Shown here one piece after another: positions 53,567-63,892 of a stretch of DNA of 64,000 nucleotides (positions are counted from its first letter, which is position 1; each line of letters begins with the position of its first letter). The translations under genes and the position numbers were made by a program. Source of the stretch: Patescibacteria group bacterium (lineage in GTDB: Bacteria; Patescibacteriota; Minisyncoccia; UBA6257; 2-01-FULL-56-20); contig JAGXBC010000001.1 in assembly GCA_018971305.1 (NCBI GenBank), forward strand, positions 245,687 to 309,686. The letters run 5' to 3'. The notes beneath the pieces are model-generated. The model worked only from the letters and a program-made list of their open reading frames with translations, had not been told where the DNA came from and did no database searches.

Positions 53567-56005
53567 ATGTCTAACATCGAACCACGGGAAATAACAAAAG
53601 AGCTTAAGGAGTCGTATTTGGATTACGCCATGTCCGTGATAGTCTCGCGCGCCCTGCCCGACGTGCGCGACGGACTAAAACCGGTGCACAGGAGAATTCT
53701 CTGGGACATGTGGGACAGCGGGCTCACGCATCTTTCCAAATTCAGAAAATCGGCGAACGTCATCGGTCAGGTTCTGGCTCGCTACCATCCGCACGGCGAT
53801 GTTGCGGTTTACGATGCCCTCGTGAGAATGGCCCAGGATTTTTCTTTGCGATATCCCCTGATAGACGGGCAGGGAAACTTCGGTTCCATCGACGGCGATT
53901 CGGCTGCCGCTTACAGGTATACCGAGGCCAAACTCTCTAAAATATCAGAAGAGCTGCTTTTGGATATAGATAAAGAAACCGTGGAATGGCGGCCGAATTA
54001 CGATGCAACACGCGAAGAGCCGTCTGTTTTGCCGGCCAAATTGCCGAATTTATTACTAAATGGTTCTTTGGGTATCGCGGTCGGTATGACCACGAATATC
54101 CCGCCGCATAATTTGACCGAAATTGCCGACGCGATTTTGTATCTGGCGGATAACTCCGATGCCACGAGCGAAGACCTTTTGAAATTTATTAAAGGACCGG
54201 ACTTTCCTACTGGCGGTATAATTTTTGACGAAAAGGCGATTAAGGCCGCCTATGTTTCCGGCCGGGGAGGAATTACCACGCGAGCCAAGGCGGAAATAAC
54301 AGAAAAAAAGAATAAGCAATTCGACATAGTTATTACCGAGATTCCTTATCAGGTGAACAAATCAGAGCTAATCAAGAAAATTGCCGAGCTTGCCCAAGAT
54401 AAAAAGATAGACGGCATCCGCGATATCCGCGACGAATCCGACAGGGAAGGATTGCGTGTTGTGATCGAGCTCAAGAACAGCGTCCCGCCGCAGAAGATTT
54501 TGAATCAGCTTTACAATCACACCGACCTGCAAAAAGATTTTCACCTCAATATGATTGCGCTTGTGAACGGAATTGAGCCGCAATTACTTTCGGTTAAAGA
54601 CGTGCTCGCTGAATATCTCGGCCACAGGAAGAACGTCGTCAAAAGACGCACGCAATTTGACCTGAAGAAAGCCGAGGAGAGGGCCCATATTTTATCCGGT
54701 CTGCATAAAGCCCTTGGAGTTATAGATAAGGTCATCGCTACGATCAAAAAATCCAAAGACCGTGAGGATGCCCACATAAACCTTGTAAAAATTTTCAAAC
54801 TTTCGGATATTCAGGCGACGGCGATATTGGAGATGAAACTGCAAACCTTAGCGGCTCTGGAGCGCGAGAAGATTGAGGCGGAACTAAAAGAAAAGCTGGA
54901 AATAATTAAGGAGCTGAACTTGATATTAAAAAGCCCGGCTAGAATTTTGAAGATAATAAAAGACGAGATAAGCGAGCTCAAAGAAAAGTATGGCGACGAT
55001 AGGCGTACGCACGTCGTTGCCACGCCGCTCAAGGCCTTCCACGACGAGGATTTAATTCCGGAAGAAGACGCCATAGTAACTTTCTCCGCCGGCGGTTATA
55101 TCAAACGTCTGCCGCCGGATACTTTCCGGGCCCAGAAGCGGGGCGGCAAGGGGCTAATCGGTTCGGAAGTTTCCGAAGAAGATGTACTTTCTCAGTTTTT
55201 CAGCGCCAAAACCCACGACAATCTGCTTTTCTTTACCGACAAGGGCCGAGTTTTTCAGACCAAGGTTTACGAGATACCCCCGGCAAGCCGTGTGTCCAAG
55301 GGCCGCGCCATACACAATTTCTTGGAGATACCGACAGACGAAAATGTTAGCGCGATTATCAGTTATTCAGAAAAAAAGGAAAAAACAAAAGAAAAAAGTT
55401 TCCTGATTATGGCTACGCAGAAAGGGCTTATCAAAAAAACAACGCTTGAAGATTTTATGAACATCCGCCGCACCGGAATTATCGCCATCGCTCTTAAAAA
55501 GGGAGATATTTTGAAATGGGTCCGACTCTCCGGCGGCAGCGACCAGATCATGATAACCACTAAGCTTGGCCAATCAATAAGATTTGAAGAGAAGCAGATC
55601 AGAGCTATGGGGCGAACGGCAGCTGGCGTTCGGGCAGTGAGATTGAAGAAAGACGATGAAGTCGCCGGTTTTGATATAATTGAAGAGTCAAGATTAAAGG
55701 GACAAGATACGAGATTATTGGTTGTTATGACTAACGGTTTCGCCAAGCAAACGCCGCTCAAGGAATATAAAATTCAGCATCGCGGCGGTTCCGGCATAAA
55801 AACCGCGAAGATAACGGCTAAAACCGGTCCGCTCGTGTCCGCACATGTAATTGGCGAAGAAAAAGAGATATTCGCGCTCTCTGCCAAGGGACAGATGATC
55901 CGAACTAATTTGGAGAGCGTAAGAAAAACAGGACGTTCGGCCCAGGGGGTGAAAATTATGAACTTGAAGGCCGGGGATAAGCTGGCGGGGACCGTAATTA
56001 TATAA
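53567..56005 (+). CDS. gyrA: DNA gyrase subunit A
   Basis: [29 protein letters not shown], active-site Tyr region [10 protein letters not shown], GyrA-box-like QRGGKGL. C-terminal beta-pinwheel repeats. Confidence 0.95.
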   Translation: MSNIEPREITKELKESYLDYAMSVIVSRALPDVRDGLKPVHRRILWDMWDSGLTHLSKFRKSANVIGQVLARYHPHGDVAVYDALVRMAQDFSLRYPLIDGQGNFGSIDGDSAAAYRYTEAKLSKISEELLLDIDKETVEWRPNYDATREEPSVLPAKLPNLLLNGSLGIAVGMTTNIPPHNLTEIADAILYLADNSDATSEDLLKFIKGPDFPTGGIIFDEKAIKAAYVSGRGGITTRAKAEITEKKNKQFDIVITEIPYQVNKSELIKKIAELAQDKKIDGIRDIRDESDREGLRVVIELKNSVPPQKILNQLYNHTDLQKDFHLNMIALVNGIEPQLLSVKDVLAEYLGHRKNVVKRRTQFDLKKAEERAHILSGLHKALGVIDKVIATIKKSKDREDAHINLVKIFKLSDIQATAILEMKLQTLAALEREKIEAELKEKLEIIKELNLILKSPARILKIIKDEISELKEKYGDDRRTHVVATPLKAFHDEDLIPEEDAIVTFSAGGYIKRLPPDTFRAQKRGGKGLIGSEVSEEDVLSQFFSAKTHDNLLFFTDKGRVFQTKVYEIPPASRVSKGRAIHNFLEIPTDENVSAIISYSEKKEKTKEKSFLIMATQKGLIKKTTLEDFMNIRRTGIIAIALKKGDILKWVRLSGGSDQIMITTKLGQSIRFEEKQIRAMGRTAAGVRAVRLKKDDEVAGFDIIEESRLKGQDTRLLVVMTNGFAKQTPLKEYKIQHRGGSGIKTAKITAKTGPLVSAHVIGEEKEIFALSAKGQMIRTNLESVRKTGRSAQGVKIMNLKAGDKLAGTVII

Positions 56006-56060
56006 AAAGCCGATTAGCTGGTTAGCTATCACGCTATCAAGCTGTAGGGCTGATAAGCTA

Positions 56061-57344
56061 ATGAAGTTTTCCAAAAAACAAATAATCATTATAGCTGGAG
56101 GAGCAGTTTTATCTATTGTTTTAATCTATTTAGTTGCCGCAAATATCCGTCCCAAGCCCACCGTGGGGCCAAGTTTGACTTTGAATCTTTGGGGATTGGA
56201 CGATAAATCCGCAATGTCCAAAATCATCGGCGGCTATCAAAAACTTAGGCCGACAGTTAAAGTAAATTACCAGCAATTCTCTCCTGCCGATTACGAAAAC
56301 CAGCTTCTTGAAGCGATGGCTTCCGGCCAGAGCCCGGATATCTTCTATATCGGCAACCATGGCGTACCCAAGAGTTTAGACAGAATTGTCGCCGTGAGTC
56401 CGACACAGTTTAATTTATCGGGCATACGGTCATTATTCCCGGCGGCCGTTGAGCAGGATTTTGTGCAGAACGGAACGATTTACGCCTTGCCCTTGTATAT
56501 GGATACAATGGCTCTCATATATAACAAGGATTATTTCAATCAGGCGGCGATTGTTTATCCTCCGAAGACCTGGAACGATTTCCAAAACGATGTGAAGATT
56601 CTCAGGGTTATCAGTCCGAACGGGCAAATTGCCCGCGCTGGAGCCGCACTCGGCGGTTCGGAAAAAACTGTTGATGCCGGCGTGGACTTAATCAATCTCC
56701 TGATGCTGCAGAACGGAACGCAGATGATACCGAGCAACTTCCAGGGTTACACCCCACAGGGTTTTGGCGACTCGGGCTTGGCGGCATTCAATTTTTATCT
56801 GCAGTTTGTTAACAGCACTTCTCCTTATTACACTTGGAACGAGGGGCAGGGCAATTCCTTAGACAGCTTTGCCGGCGGCAAGACGGCGATGATTCTTAAC
56901 TATCAATCGGCCATTTCCGTTATCCAGAGTAAGGGTCCTTATATAAATCTGGCCGTTGCGCCGATGCCTCAGCCGACCGGTGCAAAACTTGATGTCAATT
57001 ATCCTCGCTATTATGGCCTTGTTGTTTCCAAGCTCAGTAAAGCAACGAGTTGGGCCTGGGATTTTGTAATTTACGCGTCTACAAACGAGAGCGCGCAACA
57101 AGCTTATTTAGGAGCAACCGGCAGGCCGCCGGCGCTACTTTCGCTTATCAATGCCGACTTGAATGATTTGAATTTGGGGGTTTTTGCCAAGCAGGCGCTT
57201 ACCGCCCGCTCCTGGTATATACCGGATGATACTAAAGTTGAAGACAGCTTCAACTCGGCGATAGAGAATGTTCTTAGCGGCAAGATAAATTCCAAGGTTG
57301 CTCTTGATCAAGTGGGAGGAGCAATAGGGCAATTATTGAAATAA
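56061..57344 (+). CDS. ABC transporter extracellular solute-binding protein (family 1, sugar-type)
   Basis: N-terminal TM/signal anchor, then an SBP_bac_1-like fold (LTLNLWG, DIFYIGNHG, YALPLYMDTMALIYNKD). Confidence 0.7.
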   Translation: MKFSKKQIIIIAGGAVLSIVLIYLVAANIRPKPTVGPSLTLNLWGLDDKSAMSKIIGGYQKLRPTVKVNYQQFSPADYENQLLEAMASGQSPDIFYIGNHGVPKSLDRIVAVSPTQFNLSGIRSLFPAAVEQDFVQNGTIYALPLYMDTMALIYNKDYFNQAAIVYPPKTWNDFQNDVKILRVISPNGQIARAGAALGGSEKTVDAGVDLINLLMLQNGTQMIPSNFQGYTPQGFGDSGLAAFNFYLQFVNSTSPYYTWNEGQGNSLDSFAGGKTAMILNYQSAISVIQSKGPYINLAVAPMPQPTGAKLDVNYPRYYGLVVSKLSKATSWAWDFVIYASTNESAQQAYLGATGRPPALLSLINADLNDLNLGVFAKQALTARSWYIPDDTKVEDSFNSAIENVLSGKINSKVALDQVGGAIGQLLK

Positions 57345-57380
57345 CAAAACGCATAACCCTGAACACCGATAATTAAGCCG

Positions 57381-59159
57381 ATGAAAAAATTTTATATTCT
57401 ATGTTCTATGGTTGGCGTTCTGCTGTTGTCGGCCGGTTTTGTATTTTCTGTTCAGTTGGCCAATGCCCAAAGCTGCGGCAATGGCAATTTCTGCAGTATC
57501 ACTGTTCAGTTGGGAGCTCCCAGCCAAAGCGTTTCGTCTGGTGGGGAATTTCTTAGCTTCACTGCGACTGTCTCGTGGAATGATGCCAGCTATATTGATT
57601 CTAATAATAACTATTGCGGTTCGGGAAATTATTCGTATTGTAGCCAGGGAAACTCCGTGAGCGTAGTCCTCGCCCAATCGACAGGTTCCGGTTATACGGT
57701 TGTAAACAGTAATTCCGTTACGCTCGTTGCCACTGGGAGCACTAATCAAGCCACGACATTTTTCAGCGCGAATGTTCCATTATCTTCAACTGCCACGACG
57801 GCTTCATTCGTAGTAATAGTATTGCCCTCCGGTGCAACCATTCCGGCAGTAGGCAGTAGTATAAGCGTATCATCTCCTTCAAGTAATGTTGTGTCCGTAT
57901 CTATCCCGGCAGCCAATACCTATACGTATTGTATAGATACGAAAAGTTGTATCCTCGGCGATGGCGGCGCCGGTTGTCCAACTTCCACTACCTGTCCTAA
58001 TGGGTGCAATGGAACTTACGATACGCAAGCAGATTGCGTATCAAGTAATGGTGGCGGCACAGTCTCCTCAAATTTATGCCCTGCTACCTATTACGAGCAA
58101 TGCAATGCCAACTCAAGCGGCGGGAATTCGTGTATGACGTCAAGCGATTGCAACGACTCAAGCAAATGCTTCTCCTGCGATACTACTTCGAATTTCTCCG
58201 ATTCAAGCTGTAATACTTCTTGCGCGGTTTCGGGAACCGGCAGCACGAGCGGGGCATTTTACTCTTGCCCCGCTAACGGCACATGCAATTTTTATACAAG
58301 CTTGGCCGTTTGTAACGCCATCTGTAGTGGAACATGCAGTGGGCCGTTTAGTTCTGGATGCAACGGCAGTTTGTCGTCGTATACCTTTTGCATAGATACA
58401 CAGAGTTGCGTTGTCGGCGATGGCGGTGCCGGTTGTCCAACTTCCACTACCTGTCCAAATGGGTGTAATGGAACTTATGATACGCAAGCAGATTGCGTAT
58501 CAAGCAATGGTGGCAGTAGTGGTTATGGATACCAAGATGCTAGTGGGAAATGCTTCAGTACGCTATCGGATTGTACGAATGGCGGGTCTGGCGGATGTGT
58601 GCCGTGCGCATCGTCTTGTGTTGACGGTTCTGATTGCACGATTGGCAGCTCTGGCGGCACTACCGCAACCGGCTGCGCATCTTTTACAGCTCAATCGGGA
58701 TGCGAGGCCGCCGGTTGTTCGTGGAGTGGTAGTTCCTGTACCAGTCCCAGCACAACACCGCCATCGCTCAGCGGCATTCAGATGCCGGCGCTCTGGCCGA
58801 CCGGATATTGGGCACCGACCGGGCTTTTATCCTGCAATAATACAAAAAACTCGGATAATACCATTAAGCTTAACTGCACCAGTTTGGCCGACCTAATGCA
58901 AACCTTGTTGAATATCCTTTCTTTCGCCATGACTATCGCCATATTCGTTTTAGCTCCTATATTTTTCGCTTGGGGGGGCATAATGATAATGATTGCCGGA
59001 GCATCGCCCGATAAATTCGCGACCGGAAAGAAAATTTTAACGGGAACTATAATCGGCGTTGTTATTGTGCTCGCTTCTTACCTTATCGTCAGTACCTTCG
59101 TTAGTGCACTCGGCATACTTTGTGTCGGTGGTTTCAGTAGCGGGTCGTGCCCGTTATAG
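57381..59159 (+). CDS. large Cys-rich secreted protein with an internal duplicated module and a C-terminal VirB2/TrbC-like pilin domain
   Basis: Signal peptide. More than 60 Cys. The module YTYCIDTKSCILGDGGAGCPTSTTCPNGCNGTYDTQADCVSSNGG occurs twice. The C-terminal two hydrophobic helices flank ASPDKFATGKK, like the small pilins downstream. Confidence 0.6.
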   Translation: MKKFYILCSMVGVLLLSAGFVFSVQLANAQSCGNGNFCSITVQLGAPSQSVSSGGEFLSFTATVSWNDASYIDSNNNYCGSGNYSYCSQGNSVSVVLAQSTGSGYTVVNSNSVTLVATGSTNQATTFFSANVPLSSTATTASFVVIVLPSGATIPAVGSSISVSSPSSNVVSVSIPAANTYTYCIDTKSCILGDGGAGCPTSTTCPNGCNGTYDTQADCVSSNGGGTVSSNLCPATYYEQCNANSSGGNSCMTSSDCNDSSKCFSCDTTSNFSDSSCNTSCAVSGTGSTSGAFYSCPANGTCNFYTSLAVCNAICSGTCSGPFSSGCNGSLSSYTFCIDTQSCVVGDGGAGCPTSTTCPNGCNGTYDTQADCVSSNGGSSGYGYQDASGKCFSTLSDCTNGGSGGCVPCASSCVDGSDCTIGSSGGTTATGCASFTAQSGCEAAGCSWSGSSCTSPSTTPPSLSGIQMPALWPTGYWAPTGLLSCNNTKNSDNTIKLNCTSLADLMQTLLNILSFAMTIAIFVLAPIFFAWGGIMIMIAGASPDKFATGKKILTGTIIGVVIVLASYLIVSTFVSALGILCVGGFSSGSCPL

Positions 59160-59162
59160 CTT

Positions 59163-60386
59163 ATGAAAAAATTATTCTTTATCTTCTCGCTTGCCATTTC
59201 TGTTTTTTACCTGTCATTTTTATTAACAAGCAGAGTTTTCGCTACAGTCCCCATCAACACCAACCTCCCCTTCTCAACAGGTCCGGACATTCCGTCTACC
59301 GTTAACGCTTTCTATAAATATGCCCTATATCTCGGAGGCATCCTTGCCTTCGGAGCTGTGGTATTCGGGGGAGTAAAGTATATCTTTGCCGCAGGCAATC
59401 CTTCCGGACAAAGCGAGGGTAAAGATTGGATAAAAAGCGCTTTATTGGGCTTAGTTCTCCTCGGTGGAGCTTATCTCATCCTGAACGTCATCAACCCCAA
59501 CCTTGTTAACCTCAATTTACCAACATTGTCCCCGGCTAATGTGTCGTCGCTCGCGGTAAATTTGTCGAGTTCGAATTTGTGGTATGTTTGCGACAGCAAT
59601 GGGCTTACAACTGGTCAGTCGTATTCCGATCTGTCAAGTTGTGATAGCGCCAATTTGTTAAATCCATCGGGCTATACATGCCAGCAGGGCAAATGCCAAA
59701 ATGGCGGCAATGCATATTATCTTTGTGATAGCAATAACCAATCCACTTCGTATACATATTCAGACCTTAGTAGCTGTCAGGCCGACCTTTACAAATATCC
59801 GGGCGGTTCCTGTAAGTCTGGTTCTTGTGTGAGTACGGGGGGCGGTACTTGTCAGTCAACTACGGACTCGAGTAATATGTGTAGCGTGGGTAACGTACAG
59901 ACTGCATGCTCATCTTGGGATCCGAATTCTGCTTCGCAAATTTGCCTGGTAGAGAGCGCGGGGGGTAATCCCAATATTATGAGTGGCAGTGATATATGTT
60001 ATAACAACGGCAACCCTGTATCGTTCTCCGGTGGACTGTGGCAAATTAATCTTACTAATACATCCGGCGTTCCGTCAGCTTGTAGTTTCAGCCCAACCAG
60101 CAATTATAGTGGGCAATTGAGGCAGGGTTGTGGGTCGGCATTCTCTTCCACAAACAGCACGCAGGGAAGTTGTATAAAGTGTAATACAAACAATAAGGGG
60201 CAGATATATTGTGCGCAATGGACTTGTTCTTTTCAGGGTTCTACGACTGATTACAACACCTGTGTAAACGGCGCCGAAGCCAATAATAATCAATTGGCTT
60301 GTAACCTCTACAATAATTCACACGGCGGAAGTTTTTGCCCATGGAAAATTACTGCACAGGGTTGCGGAATTTCCGTACCATGCTAA
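59163..60386 (+). CDS. decorated pilin: N-terminal VirB2/TrbC-like pilin domain plus a C-terminal Cys-rich domain (paralog of 9084..10016)
   Basis: Residues 27-129 are about 98% identical to the N-domain of the 9084..10016 protein. The C-terminal Cys-rich domain differs. Confidence 0.6.
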   Translation: MKKLFFIFSLAISVFYLSFLLTSRVFATVPINTNLPFSTGPDIPSTVNAFYKYALYLGGILAFGAVVFGGVKYIFAAGNPSGQSEGKDWIKSALLGLVLLGGAYLILNVINPNLVNLNLPTLSPANVSSLAVNLSSSNLWYVCDSNGLTTGQSYSDLSSCDSANLLNPSGYTCQQGKCQNGGNAYYLCDSNNQSTSYTYSDLSSCQADLYKYPGGSCKSGSCVSTGGGTCQSTTDSSNMCSVGNVQTACSSWDPNSASQICLVESAGGNPNIMSGSDICYNNGNPVSFSGGLWQINLTNTSGVPSACSFSPTSNYSGQLRQGCGSAFSSTNSTQGSCIKCNTNNKGQIYCAQWTCSFQGSTTDYNTCVNGAEANNNQLACNLYNNSHGGSFCPWKITAQGCGISVPC

Positions 60387-60404
60387 TAAAATAAAAATTT
60401 ATTT

Positions 60405-60962
60405 ATGAAAAAATTAATTATTATCGCGGTCATTATTATAATAATTGTAGCGGTATTATTCTTGGTTTTTATTGGGAGAAGGCAGACCCAGCAGCAAGTT
60501 GGCGGCTCTGGTAGTGTTCGGCCACTTCCAGTTCCCGTCTCCTTGCCACAACCTACCGATCAGACAATTTCTCTGCAGACGAGCCAGGGTTCTATTGTCT
60601 TGAAAAATTTTTATAATACGGCGGTGGTAGACAATGGCCCCGGCGCTGTTAATGATATAAATATACTTATGAGATCTGATATCGGAAATAAATACCACTA
60701 TGAGATGGGGTATGAAAGGCAGGTCAGTAGATTCGACATCGTTTTAAACACCTATTCTTTGGAAGATGCAATTAAATATAGGAAGGAGGCCGAGGCTGAT
60801 TTCCTAAATATACTTGGGATCAACGAACCGGATGCGTGCAAACTTAACGTTGACCTCATAGTTAATCCGACATATGTGTCTATCGGCAATTATCCTCCTG
60901 GATTCCGATCGGAAACTAACTATGGTCTAAGTTTTTGTCAAAGCGGTTTGCCGTTGCAATAG
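60405..60962 (+). CDS. membrane-anchored hypothetical protein
   Basis: N-terminal TM IIIAVIIIIIVAVLFLVFI, then a ~150-aa extracytoplasmic domain. It starts 19 nt after the previous gene. Confidence 0.45.
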   Translation: MKKLIIIAVIIIIIVAVLFLVFIGRRQTQQQVGGSGSVRPLPVPVSLPQPTDQTISLQTSQGSIVLKNFYNTAVVDNGPGAVNDINILMRSDIGNKYHYEMGYERQVSRFDIVLNTYSLEDAIKYRKEAEADFLNILGINEPDACKLNVDLIVNPTYVSIGNYPPGFRSETNYGLSFCQSGLPLQ

Positions 60963-61022
60963 ATTATCCATTGATTTAATTAGTGAATTGAGTTATGGTC
61001 CACCTGTTGTACAATAAAAACA

Positions 61023-61349
61023 ATGCTAAACTCACTATTCAAGCAAATTTTACTCAGAAGCGGTTTGGTTAAGGAAGCGTTTGCCCAAACGCTGATAAAC
61101 CCCCTTGGGACAGGTGCGACTTTTACGAGCGTAGTGGACAGCGTAATTAATTTTTTGATAACAATCGGCATACCGATTGCCGCCGTGATGGTTCTAGTCG
61201 GAGGCTTTCAGATGATGGTCTCCGCCGGTAATCCGGAAAAAATCTCCAGCGGGAAAAAGACCATCGTTTATGCGGCCATTGGCATAGCTGTCATTTTGGC
61301 GGGGAAAAGCATTATTGTTCTCATCAAAAATGTTCTGGGAGCGTCGTAG
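61023..61349 (+). CDS. VirB2/TrbC-like T4SS pilin (small, 108 aa)
   Basis: Leader, then two hydrophobic helices separated by SAGNPEKISSGKKT. Ends IVLIKNVLGAS. Confidence 0.65.
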   Translation: MLNSLFKQILLRSGLVKEAFAQTLINPLGTGATFTSVVDSVINFLITIGIPIAAVMVLVGGFQMMVSAGNPEKISSGKKTIVYAAIGIAVILAGKSIIVLIKNVLGAS

Positions 61350-61406
61350 TCGTGGATTCGCATGGGAATTCACATATATATTACGGAATTGCTATAATAT
61401 AAAGAA

Positions 61407-61808
61407 ATGAGAAGCAAAAATTTTTTAATCGGAGAGGCCGGTAGGGTTTTAGGGGTTGCCGCCCCGTCTGCTTTTTTTATAGCTTTACAACTTTTTGCAT
61501 CCGTGGCGAATGCCGCAGTTAGTGGGACCGGTATTGACATCAGTACTCCCGACCAAGTAGTCGGCATCATCTGCAGGATCGCCGCCGACATGTTCTGGAT
61601 CCTAATAGCGCTTTCTACTGTTATGGTGTTATTCGGGGCTTTCACGTATGTTACAGCCGGAGAGAGCGCGGAAAAGGTGAATAGCGCGCATAAAATAATT
61701 ACCTATGCCGCAGTCGGCATAGTTGTGGCCCTGCTTGCCAGGGGTTTCCCTTATATCGTGGCGAGCGTTTTAGGCGCTTCATCCGGAACCGGCATAAAAG
61801 GCTGTTAA
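61407..61808 (+). CDS. VirB2/TrbC-like T4SS pilin paralog (133 aa), C-terminal Cys
   Basis: MFWILIALSTVMVLFGAFTYVTAGESAEKVNSAHKIITYAAVGIVVALLARGFPYIVASVLGAS...GC. A TGCTATAAT extended -10 lies upstream. Confidence 0.65.
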   Translation: MRSKNFLIGEAGRVLGVAAPSAFFIALQLFASVANAAVSGTGIDISTPDQVVGIICRIAADMFWILIALSTVMVLFGAFTYVTAGESAEKVNSAHKIITYAAVGIVVALLARGFPYIVASVLGASSGTGIKGC

Positions 61809-61891
61809 ACACAACCCCCTTGTTTTTAGGGTCTGATTATGCTATAATGGATAGAATATAAAGAAAGGCCGAAAAAACATATAAAATATCA

Positions 61892-62356
61892 ATGAAATCA
61901 ATAAAAAATTACTTAATAAAATCCGCGCTCATAAGGCGCGACGTAGTTATGGGTTTGAGTTATGCTTTGGTTGGGTTATTCAGCCTTGGCGTAGCTAATG
62001 CTCAAACAGGTTTGCCTGGTATAGGGTTTGTATCGTCCAGGGGTGTAATTTATACACCAACTGTAAGTAGCATATTTTTGGGATCCAATGGATTCATATG
62101 TAGAGCAGCCTCTATTCTGTTCTGGATTCTTATAGCGCTCACTGTTGTATTTGTATTGGTTGCAGCCTATAAATATCTGACATCCGGCGGCGATGAAGCT
62201 AAAGTTTCCAGCGCTACAAAAACAATCACCTATGCGGCAATAGCTATCGTCGTCGCGCTGCTTGCCAGAGGATTTCCGTTTATTGTAAGTAGCGTTATTG
62301 GATATTTTGGAGGAACTTATTTAGGCGCATCTGGTCCGCCCCTATTGGGTTGTTAG
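61892..62356 (+). CDS. VirB2/TrbC-like T4SS pilin paralog (154 aa), C-terminal Cys
   Basis: ILFWILIALTVVFVLVAAYKYLTSGGDEAKVSSATKTITYAAIAIVVALLARGFPFIVSSVIG...GC. A TGCTATAAT lies upstream. Confidence 0.6.
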   Translation: MKSIKNYLIKSALIRRDVVMGLSYALVGLFSLGVANAQTGLPGIGFVSSRGVIYTPTVSSIFLGSNGFICRAASILFWILIALTVVFVLVAAYKYLTSGGDEAKVSSATKTITYAAIAIVVALLARGFPFIVSSVIGYFGGTYLGASGPPLLGC

Positions 62357-62509
62357 TAAAAATCATTCAGCTGCAACCATCTTCTCGTTAATGGTTAGGA
62401 TAATATGATATAATTTATTTATTATGCGGGTGTGGCTTTTATAAGAAGTCCCTGCCACCAACTAAGATAATTAGATATATACCCAAAGGTCGAAAAGCGA
62501 TTAAAATCT

Positions 62510-62869
62510 ATGAAAAAGTTAATTAAATTTGCGGTTAGTGGTTTACCTGCGCTTTTGCCGGTTATGGCATTTGCGCAAACCTATACTTCTCTCACGGTGA
62601 CATCGCCGGTTACAAGCATAGGCGGTTTTATCGGATTGATTTGTACCGCGATAAACTGGTTATTTACGTTCTTGATTGTTTTAGCCGTTCTTTTCGTCCT
62701 TCTCGCGGCGTTCAAGTATTTGACCGCCTCCGGGGATCCGGAAAAGGTTAAAGGTGCAAGCCATCAGTTGATCTACGCGGCAGTTGCCGTGGCGGTCGCC
62801 GTTCTTGCAAAAGGCATTCCGCTGATCGTCGGCAGTTTCTTGGGCGCAAGTGGCCTGAAGTCCTGTTAG
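62510..62869 (+). CDS. VirB2/TrbC-like T4SS pilin paralog (119 aa), C-terminal Cys
   Basis: INWLFTFLIVLAVLFVLLAAFKYLTASGDPEKVKGASHQLIYAAVAVAVAVLAKGIPLIVGSFLGASGLKSC. Confidence 0.65.
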   Translation: MKKLIKFAVSGLPALLPVMAFAQTYTSLTVTSPVTSIGGFIGLICTAINWLFTFLIVLAVLFVLLAAFKYLTASGDPEKVKGASHQLIYAAVAVAVAVLAKGIPLIVGSFLGASGLKSC

Positions 62870-62894
62870 TCGAAAAGTTTTGTTATGCAGCCAA

Positions 62895-62919
62895 AAACCC
62901 GCCAATTGGCGGGTTTTTG
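62895..62919 (+). terminator. rho-independent terminator closing the pilin array
   Basis: aaaCCCGCCaattGGCGGGttttt. Confidence 0.65.
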
Positions 62920-63097
62920 ATTCTATTAATAGGAGATGATAAGAACCTATAATATTTCCAGATATCTAATATCTAAGAACGCATTGCCTTGGCTAGTATT
63001 TTTAGGGCTCTTTCCAGCTGTGGGCCGAGAGGTTTATCAAAGCTCTCCGAACTCTCTGAGGAACCAGCGGAGCGGTACAGCAGTCTTCTGATATCCG

Positions 63098-63892
63098 CTA
63101 TTTTTCTTCATTCAGTTTATAGAAGTTCTCAAAAACCTTAGCTACTAAGATCGGGCCGGTACCGCCAGGTGTCGGAGTGTGCCAGCCGGTTTCCATATCG
63201 GTAGAATCCAAGTCACCCTTATTGTTGTCGTAGCCAAAATCAATAACACCTGTTCCGAGCTTTAACATTCCTGGTTTAATGAGTCCGGCAGATCCGACAC
63301 CGGTTATTACGAGGTCTGCTTTTTTAAGTTCAGAGAAATCGCTGCCCCTATGGACGAGGAATAATCCGGCAACTTTTTTTACAAGCCACATAGAGATCGG
63401 TTTGCCTACGAGGGGTCCTAATCCGACGACGGCTACAGAACTGTTTTTAAGGTCATAATTCTGTGTTTTTAGTATTTCTTCAACTACTCCTACCGCCGGG
63501 GGCAGGACCGGATTCCGTCCCGCATAAAAAGCTCCGAGCGAACGCTCTCCCAGAACATCAACATCTTTTTCTCGCGGAATGACGTTGATAACATATTGGG
63601 AATTCAAGTGCTCCGGCAGCGGCAATTGCACGACAACGCCGCCGCAGGTTGTGTGCTCGGCCAATTTACGGACCTCGTCGCGCAATTCGTCGTTCTTCAT
63701 CTCTGGCGGGAATTTGTAGATGCGGAAATCAACACCAAGCTCTTTCGCGGTTTTTTCTTTCTGCTTTATAAAACTTACGGAAGATTGGTCATTGCCAACC
63801 AAAATTATGCCGAAGAATTTTGTCGGCTTCGGCATAAGTTTAAGGCGCTCAATTATGCCGGCAGCAATCTCCTTTCCGTTTATCGCAGTCAT
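63098..63892 (-). CDS. folD: bifunctional methylenetetrahydrofolate dehydrogenase/cyclohydrolase
   Basis: GGVVVQLPLP...KDVDVL...VAVVGLGPLVGKPISMWL...TPTPGGTGPILVAKVFEN matches FolD motifs (DGILVQLPLP, KDVDG, GRS.IVGKP, TPVPGGVGPMT). Confidence 0.85.
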   Translation of the reverse strand: MTAINGKEIAAGIIERLKLMPKPTKFFGIILVGNDQSSVSFIKQKEKTAKELGVDFRIYKFPPEMKNDELRDEVRKLAEHTTCGGVVVQLPLPEHLNSQYVINVIPREKDVDVLGERSLGAFYAGRNPVLPPAVGVVEEILKTQNYDLKNSSVAVVGLGPLVGKPISMWLVKKVAGLFLVHRGSDFSELKKADLVITGVGSAGLIKPGMLKLGTGVIDFGYDNNKGDLDSTDMETGWHTPTPGGTGPILVAKVFENFYKLNEEK

